Shown: positions 29,801 through 39,141, numbered from the stretch's first letter. The stretch is DNA of 64,000 nucleotides from Promethearchaeota archaeon (GCA_016840085.1 JAEOTA010000051.1:68548-132547), one strand, 5' to 3'. The notes: a model not told the origin generated them from the sequence alone. Numbers and translations are program-made.

Positions 29801-30917
29801 CAATACCATCAAAAGGTGTTGTATCTACTCCTCCTCCATTAGTATAATCATCCCAAAAATTTCCAATAATGCCATTATCCCATTTATTATCATTTCCATT
29901 GTCATTAGCGTGTGCAATAATATTTCCAAAAAATGAATTATTATAGAGTATATTATCTTTACATTCAACACTCGATAGAGACACACCTGTTTGGGTATTA
30001 TTATGCACGATATTACCTGTAAATGTAGTGTTAAAAGTATCTTCAAAGCTAGCACCAATTGTATTGTTAAATAAGAAATTTCCTACCATTGTATTGTTAT
30101 TATTTGAGTATGACGGGGTAAAATCATCGGAATTAATACCTATATTACTATTTGTTGCATCATTTAGTAATATCCTATTATAACTAGCACTAGAAACGTA
30201 AATTCCATCATCTTCATTGTTAGTTAGGGTATTTCCGAAAACAGTGTTGTTATTACATTTATAACCTATTATAATCCCATATCCCTTATGATGAAGATTA
30301 TTTACATAATTTCCAATAATAGAATTATTTTCTGAAGAATCTTCTAGCCAAATTCCCGCATGAGGACCTGAAAACTTGTCATTTTTAACGTAATTTTCTA
30401 CAATAGTGTTATTATAACTTGATTGAAGATGAATCCCTAAATGATTATTCGAACAATTGTTATTAATTATTTGAGAATTATTAACGTTCTCTAAATCAAT
30501 TCCTCCTAACTGATAATTATAATCAGTTTGATTAAAAAATATACAATTTTTAATGGTAAAGGGAACATTAGAGTCTCGAACTGTAAGGCAACTATATAAC
30601 CCATTTCCGTCTATCGTGACATTTTCGATAATATAAGGATCTCCCCAAGTTCCAGCTCCCTTACACCAATCTTCTTGAACTGCTGTTGCCCATGTATAAT
30701 CCCCGGTACCATCATTATCATCAATCACAAATGGGTTAAGAATCCAAGATGCTGATTCACTTAGATTCTCTTTAGTTTGATTAATTGAATTGGGATATCT
30801 AATATATTCATCATCAAATTTAAAATTTTGAAAGAACAAAAATATGATAAAAACTAATAGGATTAATGATATCACTTTTTTTCTTTTAATTCTAATAGCT
30901 TGGGATAAAATACTCAT
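26832..30917 (-). CDS. Membrane receptor-like protein: NosD/right-handed beta-helix ectodomain, TM helix, PCI-like winged helix, TIR domain
   Basis: Three WCxGxG...DPYII blocks each followed by NN-GI beta-helix repeats; TM IIIIIIVVSIITVVIVTGVIAW; FNVFLSYS...VFVLFCSENALNSKAVNDEW TIR motif. Confidence 0.88.
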   Translation of the reverse strand: MSILSQAIRIKRKKVISLILLVFIIFLFFQNFKFDDEYIRYPNSINQTKENLSESASWILNPFVIDDNDGTGDYTWATAVQEDWCKGAGTWGDPYIIENVTIDGNGLYSCLTVRDSNVPFTIKNCIFFNQTDYNYQLGGIDLENVNNSQIINNNCSNNHLGIHLQSSYNNTIVENYVKNDKFSGPHAGIWLEDSSENNSIIGNYVNNLHHKGYGIIIGYKCNNNTVFGNTLTNNEDDGIYVSSASYNRILLNDATNSNIGINSDDFTPSYSNNNNTMVGNFLFNNTIGASFEDTFNTTFTGNIVHNNTQTGVSLSSVECKDNILYNNSFFGNIIAHANDNGNDNKWDNGIIGNFWDDYTNGGGVDTTPFDGIGDINYTIPGTAKANDTKPIFENPIHNGEKIHIDGNGINGLNWSQTALVKWWCTGLGKLSDPYLIKNLKIDAGDSGSCIYIENTREYFEVENCTNYNSGIGMYGAGFTLFNVTNGLILNNNCSMNKGHGIYLDNWGTGLYDNITIKNNILNNNSYGIFIYNLDFSNIINNTAFNNTHVGIYLCGIEQSNITENKVMFNKDNGFEFFRNKNLSVSRNKAKNNDLNGIYFEDNVNDSIFLKNEIYNNKANGIEIDKTEDYGNGNNTFYNNNVTGNSQKGVYITNVANRYNLFYNNYFIGNGLHVQDDGSNNNWNNSLIGNYWDNYTELGSEARDSNDDGIGDFPYPISGTAKSKDYLPIWDDGDDLNPYIMINSPSFNEIFGIIAPSFNISINESNLDSMWYTIDNGLTNITFNEFTGVIDQREWDKKGIGPIILTFCANDTFGKIGFQSVSIEKEYDYWTLDPIIIDDLGNGDYTWAEAVLKGWCSGSGISGDPYIIEHIKIGGQDSSNCIEIQNSDAYFIIRNSMFYEASNGIYDASIKLNSVSNGVINNNNCSYNNANGITLVNCQDIDITENLINQNGRSGIVLINSDNIDIENNEETINHNNLYGIHLDNSHYNNITNNTVSYNQIGIFLNESNYNIISKNDLRYNDKAYEEIDCAGNQFNENIGVTLPRKGLPIDIIIIIIVVSIITVVIVTGVIAWRKKASITEEEKKEKINKKKLKLQNKIQKKMLEIGDIILENKFETALMNLIELKEKAQVHEIEDLVLDLEEKIKECKKSELNFINSLKKTIINLGKKFSRLQLAEIIESSGIKDEKLIEGVIQKMIHNKEIIAEYFSSTKSVVFEVVPSLEFIPEIFKEFNVFLSYSTLDSEYFQLPKVVKSLEKYPEINKVLYWEVDSGENIVEYMERTLKECNVFVLFCSENALNSKAVNDEWQAAFQLRKKGLLKIVPVYENESFVPALLTPLLNVKFSSGEFNIFINKLYTEILRE

Positions 30918-31086
30918 TTTACACTTTTCAATTGTTTAAATTAGTAAGGTGTATCTACCTCTATTAAATCATATATATGTCAATTGAATATATAAATATA
31001 AATTTCACAAATTTGTCAATCTAATTGGGAATCAATTTAATTCAATATGCTTACGCTAATATTAGAGAAATATTATTAGCAGAAAC

Positions 31087-31197
31087 AACTTGGAGATTTC
31101 CTAAAAAATGAACTTCTAATCCCACTATTAAGAAAAAACTTAAAACCCGAACCAGATAATTACGAATTCAAAAATCCTATAATAAAATTTAAAGAAA
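31087..31197 (+). repeat. Diverged direct repeat (gene-end remnant X), copy B
   Basis: Aligns to 24713-24823; reads LGDFLKNELLIPLLRKNLKPEPDNYEFKN. Confidence 0.7.
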
Positions 31198-31216
31198 AAT
31201 GTAAAAAAAACCCAGA

Positions 31217-31524
31217 TTATAATAAACCTTTTATCTTTTTCGCTAACTCCTGAGCATCCGCATCGGAACTCTCAAGAATCTTAAATAACTCCTTAGGTGC
31301 GACAATTAATGCCGCATCAATGAGTTTCTGAAGTCCAATTACCGTGTTAATCCGCTCATTCTTCTGAAGGTGGAAAATCACACTCCCCAATTGATTTTTG
31401 AGCAAACCACGCTCAGATTCTAACGCCACACGTAACAGCGCGGGACATACCTCCTTTATTGTCTCTCTACTTACATGCTGGGCATGTTCATACATCTCCG
31501 CCCTTTGAGCCTCTGTTAGCCCTA
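31217..31524 (-). pseudogene. 5'-truncated copy of the anchor gene (copy 2)
   Basis: Homology to 38800-39141 starts at codon 13 (GLTE) and runs to the stop; the first 12 codons and upstream region are absent. Confidence 0.88.
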
Positions 31525-31619
31525 AATCGCCGAAGTTTATAGATTTGGATTTGTTAAGAATAATGATTTTTCAATTTGTTATAGGAACGGAAATGTAAAA
31601 AAAAAATTTTAAAAAGATC

Positions 31620-32138
31620 TTATATTGCCCATTTAACCCATTTTCTATAAGTATTTTCTGCCTTATTCATAGCTTTTGTTAATTTTTTTGTCTTTTTCTG
31701 ATTTTCCTTATCTTCTCTATCACTAATTGAATCAATTTCTTTTTTTAAGGCATTTGTGACAAGTTGAGCCATAAACGATACAAAAGCTCTCTTTCTTGAA
31801 AGCTTTTTAATTGGATCCTTAAATTCACGATGACTTGTCACTTCTAACATACACCCACCAGCACGTATTATTCCGGTCATCCCAGGTACTGAAACATCCT
31901 TCATAGATATATAAACTATTTTTATTGTCTTATCTTTTTGGGGCACATTAAACGCTATTCCATTAGGAGTCACAAGAAAATGTGTAAACCAGTACTTAAC
32001 TTTTACTTTACCAAATGTTAAAGTGGGTGTTCTTATTTCGCATCTACCATATCCACTATAGATTACTTGTTCATCTTCAGGAATAATAGAAGTAAGATTA
32101 CTAAAATCTATGGGAACATACATGTTTGGATTACTCAT
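31620..32138 (-). CDS. Hypothetical protein, possibly PH-like fold
   Basis: 172-aa ORF with GGTGA SD; IPEDEQVIYS...HFLVTPNGI motif resembles 34484-34897. Confidence 0.7.
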   Translation of the reverse strand: MSNPNMYVPIDFSNLTSIIPEDEQVIYSGYGRCEIRTPTLTFGKVKVKYWFTHFLVTPNGIAFNVPQKDKTIKIVYISMKDVSVPGMTGIIRAGGCMLEVTSHREFKDPIKKLSRKRAFVSFMAQLVTNALKKEIDSISDREDKENQKKTKKLTKAMNKAENTYRKWVKWAI

Positions 32139-32502
32139 AACATCACCTTATTTTTTATTTATTTTATATTTTAAAATTATTAGTAGAATTCTATTTTCTT
32201 CTCGAAGGAGTGAAATTTTGTCTAGTAATAGAGTTATAATACATCTTATATAAATATAAAAGATCCTGTGTTTCACAACGGAAAAAAGATTAAGTAGTAA
32301 TTTATTAGATTACGTAGTTATTTATTTTTTTTATTTTTATAGGGTAATTTGTTAGAAAAGTTTAAGATATGAAAGAAGAAAGGATCTTTTTTCTGCAGTA
32401 TATCTGGTTGAAATTGAGATATAATTAACCTTTATTTGTAATCTTTATATATAATCTAAATTAATATTTATTTGAAAAAAAGACAAAAATATATGATTTA
32501 TT

Positions 32503-34092
32503 ATGAAAGAAATTTTTTCAAGAAAGATTATTATTTTCATTTTGTTGGCAGGCTTCTTTTTGATTTTGATATCTATTACTTTAATAACAGTAAATAGCAA
32601 TTTAAAAATTAATGCACAGAACTTTAATGAAAATAACTCTATTAATTTGGAGAATTTCGATAAATTGCAATGTTCAGACTCTGCGGGTCTTTATCATGAT
32701 GATCATGCAGAACTGCATGGTTATGCTGATCAATATGTTACTTGGAGTTTTTCAACCGTCCCTTCTCAAATTATTAATGTATGGGCGATGGATGCATTTC
32801 AATATTCTTTATGGATTGCAGGACAAAGTGCATCGGGATATCTCCTTTCAACTGACTCTAGTGATACTGGAACCTTTAATGTCCCCGGAGGTAATACTTG
32901 GTATATTATTTTTTGGAATGATGAAATTGGTAGTGAATATACAGTTGTGACTTATAATGCAAATTTTGTAGGTGATAGTCGCCCTCCAGCAATAGAGATA
33001 ATAATACCTTCGTCATCATCTAATTATCAAACTGGTTCTGACCACATTATAGAGTGGTCAACTCAAGGATCAGTTGGGAATCTTAAAATTGAACTATTTA
33101 AAGGTAGTTCATTATATACAACAATCCATTCTAGTACTGCCAATGATGGTCAAGAGACATGGATAGTCCCTGGAACTTGCCCTGAAGCGTCTGATTATAG
33201 AATAAAAATTACAGATACTTCAGATCCAAATGTATATGATTATAGTTCTTATTTTACTATAATTGAAGTAAAATCAATAACTATTTTAGAACCCATAAAT
33301 ACTTCTATAGTTGTTCCAAAGACAAATCAAACAATTCTTTGGGAAAGTACAGGCTCAATTGATGAGGTAAAAATTGAACTTTATAAAGGAACTGAACTAT
33401 TAAAAGAACTTTCATCTAAAACTGAAAATGATGGTTCATTTTCATGGGTTCCATTATATTATGAAACGGATGGATACAGTTGGAATGTAATTCCTAGGGG
33501 AACGGATTATAGGATTAAAATAAAGGATGTTTACTCTAGTGTAAACTGTTTTAGTGAATATTTTGAAATTACAAATGTAAAATCTCTAACTGTATTTGAA
33601 CCTAATAGTTCTTCATCCTATAAACATGGTGAAATAATGACGATCAAATGGGAGACAGATACACCATGTGAAACTCTTGATATAAAAGTATATCATAAAC
33701 CTCAAGGTAGTTCTGATGCTGATAAGGTGTCAACTATTCCTTCAGTTCCAAATATTGGATATTATAATTGGACTATCCCCATTGATTTACCTCATGGTAA
33801 TTATTATCTTGTGATAGAAGCAACGGATAACAGTGTCCTTGAATTTAGTGAACATTTTACAATACAGTCTTCTTCCAGTGATATTAGTATTGGATATGAC
33901 CTTGTGTTTGTTATCATAGTTATATCGTTGATTTCTATAATCATAATTATTAAAAAGTCGAATATAAAAATTAAACTAAAATTCTCGAATAAATTCAAAG
34001 ATTTAGTTATTCATACAAAATTCGATAACATGATGAGATATAATCATATTGTAAATTATATTCTTTTGGGTGCTAATACTGAAGATTCCTGA
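32503..34092 (+). CDS. Ser/Thr-rich surface protein with tandem Ig-like (Kre9/GPI-anchored-like) domains and a C-terminal TM anchor
   Basis: N-terminal TM; three IxW...IELxKG...NDG...W...YRIKI repeats; IGY-TM-KK tail. Confidence 0.8.
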   Translation: MKEIFSRKIIIFILLAGFFLILISITLITVNSNLKINAQNFNENNSINLENFDKLQCSDSAGLYHDDHAELHGYADQYVTWSFSTVPSQIINVWAMDAFQYSLWIAGQSASGYLLSTDSSDTGTFNVPGGNTWYIIFWNDEIGSEYTVVTYNANFVGDSRPPAIEIIIPSSSSNYQTGSDHIIEWSTQGSVGNLKIELFKGSSLYTTIHSSTANDGQETWIVPGTCPEASDYRIKITDTSDPNVYDYSSYFTIIEVKSITILEPINTSIVVPKTNQTILWESTGSIDEVKIELYKGTELLKELSSKTENDGSFSWVPLYYETDGYSWNVIPRGTDYRIKIKDVYSSVNCFSEYFEITNVKSLTVFEPNSSSSYKHGEIMTIKWETDTPCETLDIKVYHKPQGSSDADKVSTIPSVPNIGYYNWTIPIDLPHGNYYLVIEATDNSVLEFSEHFTIQSSSSDISIGYDLVFVIIVISLISIIIIIKKSNIKIKLKFSNKFKDLVIHTKFDNMMRYNHIVNYILLGANTEDS

Positions 34093-34897
34093 TTCAAAAG
34101 ATGAAAAGTTTTATTTCAAATTAGGTAAGGAATTGTTTGATAAACGTAAATTCAAGGAATCAATTAAAAAATTTGACAAAGCACTAAGATTAAATCAAAA
34201 TCCTGGGCTTTGCTACTATTATAAAGGTCTAGCTTTGATTATGATTTCTAAATATGAGAATTCAATTCCTCTTTTTGATAACGCATTAGAATTAATTCCA
34301 TTGGATCCAGAAATTCTTATTGGAAAAAGCATTGCATTAATGAATTTAAATAAGTATGAAGAATCGATAGAATTATGTTATCAAGCATTAAAAATACAAC
34401 CAAATAAATATTAGCTTGAAGCTGCACAAATAAATGAATATTTTAAAAAATTTGAAAAGGCATTAGATTGTATTAAAAAGTATTTGATTTATAATCCGAA
34501 TAATGATTGGACAGACCATATTAAACATGCTATAAGAGATGGAATAAAGTTTGGAAATAATTATTATATACCTATAACAAGATCACTTTTGTTATCTAGT
34601 GTTCCCTTTGAAGATACTATTATTTATACTACTCGAATTGAAATCAAAACATTAAATCGAAATATACTCACTGACGCTATAATTACAAATAATGGACTAA
34701 TTACAATTGTTCCGTATTCAGTAAATAATTATATAGGTTGGGATAATGTTTCTTTTAGAATTAATAATTCATTTAAATTTTCAGGATTCAATTGTAAATT
34801 GCATAGGGTTCCACATTATGAATCAAAGAAGCAATTTAAGACACGTTCTAAAAACTTTAAAGCAACAATTTATCAATTGCGAAATAAATTTTTTTAA
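34070..34897 (+). pseudogene. TPR protein with C-terminal domain, interrupted by one in-frame TAG (34412-34414)
   Basis: ORFs 34070 and 34484 share a frame; read-through gives KY*LEAAQINEYFKKFEKALDCIKKYLIYNPNN, a further TPR. Confidence 0.8.
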
Positions 34898-34957
34898 TTA
34901 AAATATATACCAAAAATTGTTAGATATGAATTAAAGAATTATTTGGTGAAATAGGAT

Positions 34958-35678
34958 TTGTCAAATAAGAATATTTATAGACGAAAAATTTTAAGTATGT
35001 TAAAATGTATTAGGTGTGGTTCTGTTAAAAAATTATATGCATATACACACAAAGAAACAATGATAACTTCTTCCAAAAGTACTCGACGCTATTATTCTCA
35101 AGAAAGTATGACTTGGACTCAAGAATTTCCAGTATGCTCTAAATGTCTTGAAGAATTTAAGATTTGGAAAAAAAAAACAAGTTTATAATGTGATTTTTGG
35201 GCTTCTTTTTATTCCTCTTTGGATATTTATAATATTGAATATAATTAATTTTATGGCTGAATCTCTCTCAGACACTCCTAATTATTTCCTAAGAATCGGT
35301 GTAGCTTTAATTGAAATTTTACCTTTTGTAATATTATTAATTATAACTAATAATTTCTTTAAAAAATATAAAAAGAAAAAAGAAAATTTATCTAATTATA
35401 TAGATATTAAATTTGGATATCCTAAAATTAGACCTGAGAACTCAGAAACATGGTATCCTTTTAAAGAATGGGCAGAATCAGTAATAAAATTAAGAGTAGC
35501 AGAAGGTACTATTGATCCGAGTAACATATTAAAAGTTTTAAATAAAACACAACCAAGTAAACCTAAATTAGATACCTATGAAGATAAGAATAGAAATTAT
35601 AAAAAATGCCCGAAGTGCGGTAATATTGTGAATTTAACTACAAGTAAAATCTGTGAAGTTTGTGGATATGAATTTTAG
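34958..35678 (+). pseudogene. Zn-ribbon / 2-TM / Zn-ribbon protein split by a frameshift in an A10 run
   Basis: Removing one A from 35168-35177 fuses the two ORFs (EEFKIWKKKQVYNVIF); CxxC pairs at both ends. Confidence 0.78.
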
Positions 35679-36129
35679 AGGTTGTCAATCTCCTTAGTAT
35701 TCTGATCCCAGTGGTTCTGACCGCCAATTTTGGGCTGATATTGAAGGTTATTGGACTAATATGGATCAACAGCATACATAGACTCATTCCATGCGACCTA
35801 GTGTACCATCCAGCTCTGCCAAGAAATACTTTGATACTGTTGAACACAACCTAAATCAAGCAGTATATTATTGCGCTACTGTTTTAAATTATATCTTGAA
35901 CATGGCAGGATATACTGATTGCGATTGTGGTTTAAGTTCAGGACAGAATCCTAATCCACCATTACCAGATGGCGTAAAAGATAAAACGGCTGTAGCTGAA
36001 GGACTTAAATCATCATTGAAAGAATTTTAAGGGCTGTTTTTCTTTAATTTTATGGGTCTCATGGCCACCGCAATTACGTTTGCTCTGCTTAACAAGGTTG
36101 AGGTCATAGAAGAGTTTATCCCGTTATAA
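35671..36129 (+). pseudogene. Decayed 3' part of a membrane-anchored protein gene
   Basis: Single frame with TAG (35695), TAG (35779) and TAA (36028), ending in a hydrophobic segment GLFFFNFMGLMATAITFALL. Confidence 0.65.
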
Positions 36130-36182
36130 AAAAGTTCTAAAGGTTTTTCATTTTTTTTATCCCACTTTTTGGTTTAAATTTT

Positions 36183-36569
36183 CTAATCCATAGATTCTTT
36201 AATGCGATTACCCGTGAGATATAAGTCCATTAAATTTGGTAAAGTTTCGAGCCCTTTAATCTCTGAAATGGGATTACCTCCATGATTTCCATCTCCAAAC
36301 CATAGAAACTCTAAATTCCCAAGATTATCTAAAACTTCGATTTCAGAAATATGATTTCCACTGAGATTTAAGAACTTCAAACTTGTAAGATTTTCAAATT
36401 TATGAATACAATTACCCTTAAGATGAAAAATATCAACATTCTTTAATTTTCCTAACCCTTTAATTTCCGAAAGCTTATTGGAAGTAAGGTCAGTGAGGTC
36501 TACTCTCTTATCATGAACAAAAAATTTTTTTCCATGAATAACAACATATTCCGCTAAATTTTCCTCCAT
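36183..36569 (-). CDS. Short SDS22-like leucine-rich repeat protein (possibly truncated)
   Basis: LNLSGNHISEIEVLDNL and ISEIKGLETLPNL repeats. Confidence 0.75.
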   Translation of the reverse strand: MEENLAEYVVIHGKKFFVHDKRVDLTDLTSNKLSEIKGLGKLKNVDIFHLKGNCIHKFENLTSLKFLNLSGNHISEIEVLDNLGNLEFLWFGDGNHGGNPISEIKGLETLPNLMDLYLTGNRIKESMD

Positions 36570-36723
36570 TATCCCAAAGAAATCTATATCATTTTTTACT
36601 TTATAAATTTAATGACCGTGATTACTTAGAAAAAGGCTTTAGGAACTTTAACTGTCTTTAGATTTAAATACAATTATAATATTAATTATATTAAAAAAGA
36701 CAAAAAATATTATAATCAACCTA

Positions 36724-38742
36724 ATGGAAGAATTTTTTAGAATTAAGCAGCAAAAGAAAGTAAGAAATTGTTGGAATTGCGGCGAACCAGTTAAAATCGA
36801 AGATTTGACAAGAAATTTGAGAGTTAGGGATATTAAAATCTTTGGGGAACAGATGTGGTTAGATGAAGAATCAGCAATCTATTGCAAAGAATGTTATAAA
36901 AAATTGAAGAATTATAAGGGTATTAATGGTAAGGAAATAAAAATATTAGATATTCTTCAAAAATCAATAGGAAGAGAAATAGAAATTCGCTCAAAATTAA
37001 GAGGATATGAAGATAATGGTTTTGTAGCTGAAAAAAACCATGTCACAAAATTAGAAATTAATAATGTCCATTTAACCGTTATCCCTAAGGAGATTTTCTC
37101 ACTTCCTTTCCTTGACACTCTTATTATATCCATTGATTGTGTAGAAAAGCTGCAAGAATCTATTGAAATGCTACAATTACTTAAAAATTTAAAATTATTT
37201 GCTAAACAATTCAATATTTTACCTGAAATGATTTGTACTTTGAAATATCTTGAATCACTTGAAATCTTGTCAAATAAATTAACTCATCTTCCAAATTCTT
37301 TTGGTAATTTGAGATTATTAAAGAATTTAATTTTAAGATGTAAATTAGATACTCTTCCTGACTCATTTGGAAATCTTAAATCATTAAAAGTATTGAATTT
37401 ACTTAATAATAATTTAGAGGAGCTTCCAGAAACTTTTGGAGATCTTAAATTACTAATCGATTTAAATCTACAAAATAATTATTTGAAAAAGCTTCCAGAC
37501 TCTTTTGGGGATCTTAAATCATTAATAAAATTAAATTTACAAAGTAATCTTATAAAGGAGCTTCCAGAATCATTTGGAGATCTTCAATCATTAGTAGATT
37601 TGAATTTACGAAGTAATAGTCTGAAAGAGCTGCCTGACTCTTTTGGAAATCTAAAAAATTTAGAAAGATTAAATTTAGAGAGGAATCATTTAAGAACTTT
37701 ACCAAAATTATTTGGGAATTTAAAATCTCTTGTTGAATTAAATCTTTCCGAGACTCCATTAGAAAAGCTTCCAGAATCTTTTGGTTTATTAAATGCACTG
37801 AAAGAATTAGGATTAGGAAATTGTGAAAAAATTTCGTTTCCTAAATCTTTTGGAAAACTCAAATCCATTGAAACTATAGGCTTATCTCGTATAGGTGAGA
37901 GTGGACTTAAAGCATTAATAAAAGTTAAGCCCTTAAAGAAACTTTATTTATCTAATATAACAGTTGATACGCTTCCAGAAAATTTTTCGAAATTAGAATA
38001 CCTTGAAGAATTAGAAATAGGAGGACTACTAAAAATCCTTCCTGAGTCATTTGGTTATCTTCGGTCGCTCAAAAAACTTAGGCTTTATAAGTTACCATTA
38101 AATTGCTTACCAGAATCTTTTTCCAAATTACATAACCTTGATACTCTATATATTCTCGCCTGCAAGTTAAAGAAACTTCCGAATACAATTGGTAATCTTA
38201 AAAAACTTAAAATTTTAGACTTAAACCAAAATGAACTGACTCTTCTTCCAGAATCAGTTGGAGATCTAGAATCACTGGTAGATTTAAATTTATCAAATAA
38301 TAATATAAATCAACTCCCATTTTCACTAAAAAATCTTCAATCCCTCATGAGTCTAAATTTATCAGGTAATAGGCTATCTAGCATCCCAGAAAGTGTAAAA
38401 AATCTTAAAAAATTAGCGTATTTATACTTCTATAATAAAAAAGCATCGAATATAGAGATCTTAAAAAATTTGAAAAACTTAAAGGGATTATACATTAGCG
38501 GGATTGAACTTCATGAAATAACTATAAAAGATATTCCTAATACCATAGAGAATTTAGTAATTGGAGCAACTGACGCAAATAACCATGAAGAATTTAGAAA
38601 GCAGTTAGGTTTTTTATTTGGTAAGAATTCTTTTAAAGAAATAACCTTAAAAGATATTCCTGAAAAGCTGAAATTTATACAAATCGGATCATATGAAATT
38701 GAGACAGAAACATTAAAAGCTTTAATTTTATATGAGCTTTAA
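36724..38742 (+). CDS. Leucine-rich repeat protein with N-terminal Zn ribbon
   Basis: CWNC...CKEC followed by many 23-aa LPESFGxLKSLxxLNLxxN repeats. Confidence 0.92.
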   Translation: MEEFFRIKQQKKVRNCWNCGEPVKIEDLTRNLRVRDIKIFGEQMWLDEESAIYCKECYKKLKNYKGINGKEIKILDILQKSIGREIEIRSKLRGYEDNGFVAEKNHVTKLEINNVHLTVIPKEIFSLPFLDTLIISIDCVEKLQESIEMLQLLKNLKLFAKQFNILPEMICTLKYLESLEILSNKLTHLPNSFGNLRLLKNLILRCKLDTLPDSFGNLKSLKVLNLLNNNLEELPETFGDLKLLIDLNLQNNYLKKLPDSFGDLKSLIKLNLQSNLIKELPESFGDLQSLVDLNLRSNSLKELPDSFGNLKNLERLNLERNHLRTLPKLFGNLKSLVELNLSETPLEKLPESFGLLNALKELGLGNCEKISFPKSFGKLKSIETIGLSRIGESGLKALIKVKPLKKLYLSNITVDTLPENFSKLEYLEELEIGGLLKILPESFGYLRSLKKLRLYKLPLNCLPESFSKLHNLDTLYILACKLKKLPNTIGNLKKLKILDLNQNELTLLPESVGDLESLVDLNLSNNNINQLPFSLKNLQSLMSLNLSGNRLSSIPESVKNLKKLAYLYFYNKKASNIEILKNLKNLKGLYISGIELHEITIKDIPNTIENLVIGATDANNHEEFRKQLGFLFGKNSFKEITLKDIPEKLKFIQIGSYEIETETLKALILYEL

Positions 38743-38799
38743 ATGAACTATGATGAAATCAAATAACTTTCAAGATATAAGAGAAAACTATGTAAACAA

Positions 38800-39141
38800 C
38801 TATAATATACTTTTTATTTTTCTCGCTAACTCCTGAGCATCCGCATCCGAACTCTCAAGAATCTTGAACAGTTCCTCAGGGGCGACTATCAACGCCGCAT
38901 CAATGAGCTTCTGAAGTCCAATTACCGTATTGATTCTTTCATTCTTCTGGAGGTGGAAAATCACATTCCCTAACTGATTCTTTAGCAACCCACGCTCAGA
39001 ATCCAACGCCACACGCAAAAGCGCAGGACACACCTCATCTAAGGTCTCCCTCCCTACATGCCGCGCGAATTCATACATCTCCGCCCTCTGAGTCTCTGTT
39101 AGCCCTACAACCTTTTCCTCTATTTTGGTTAATGGTTCCAT
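38800..39141 (-). CDS. Small alpha-helical hypothetical protein; intact anchor gene of the repeat series
   Basis: 113-aa ORF with purine-rich upstream; GC-rich (30 of 60 bases at 38821-38880); three partial copies downstream. Confidence 0.85.
   Translation of the reverse strand: MEPLTKIEEKVVGLTETQRAEMYEFARHVGRETLDEVCPALLRVALDSERGLLKNQLGNVIFHLQKNERINTVIGLQKLIDAALIVAPEELFKILESSDADAQELARKIKSIL

Noticed and set aside
32229-32256. dif-like TATAA-N6-TTATA site
   Set aside because: Likely by chance in AT-rich promoter DNA and not repeated at cassette junctions
34412-34414. Pyrrolysine or genome-wide amber reassignment
   Set aside because: TAG ends intact genes here (pckG, metV, cdc48) and no pyl genes are present
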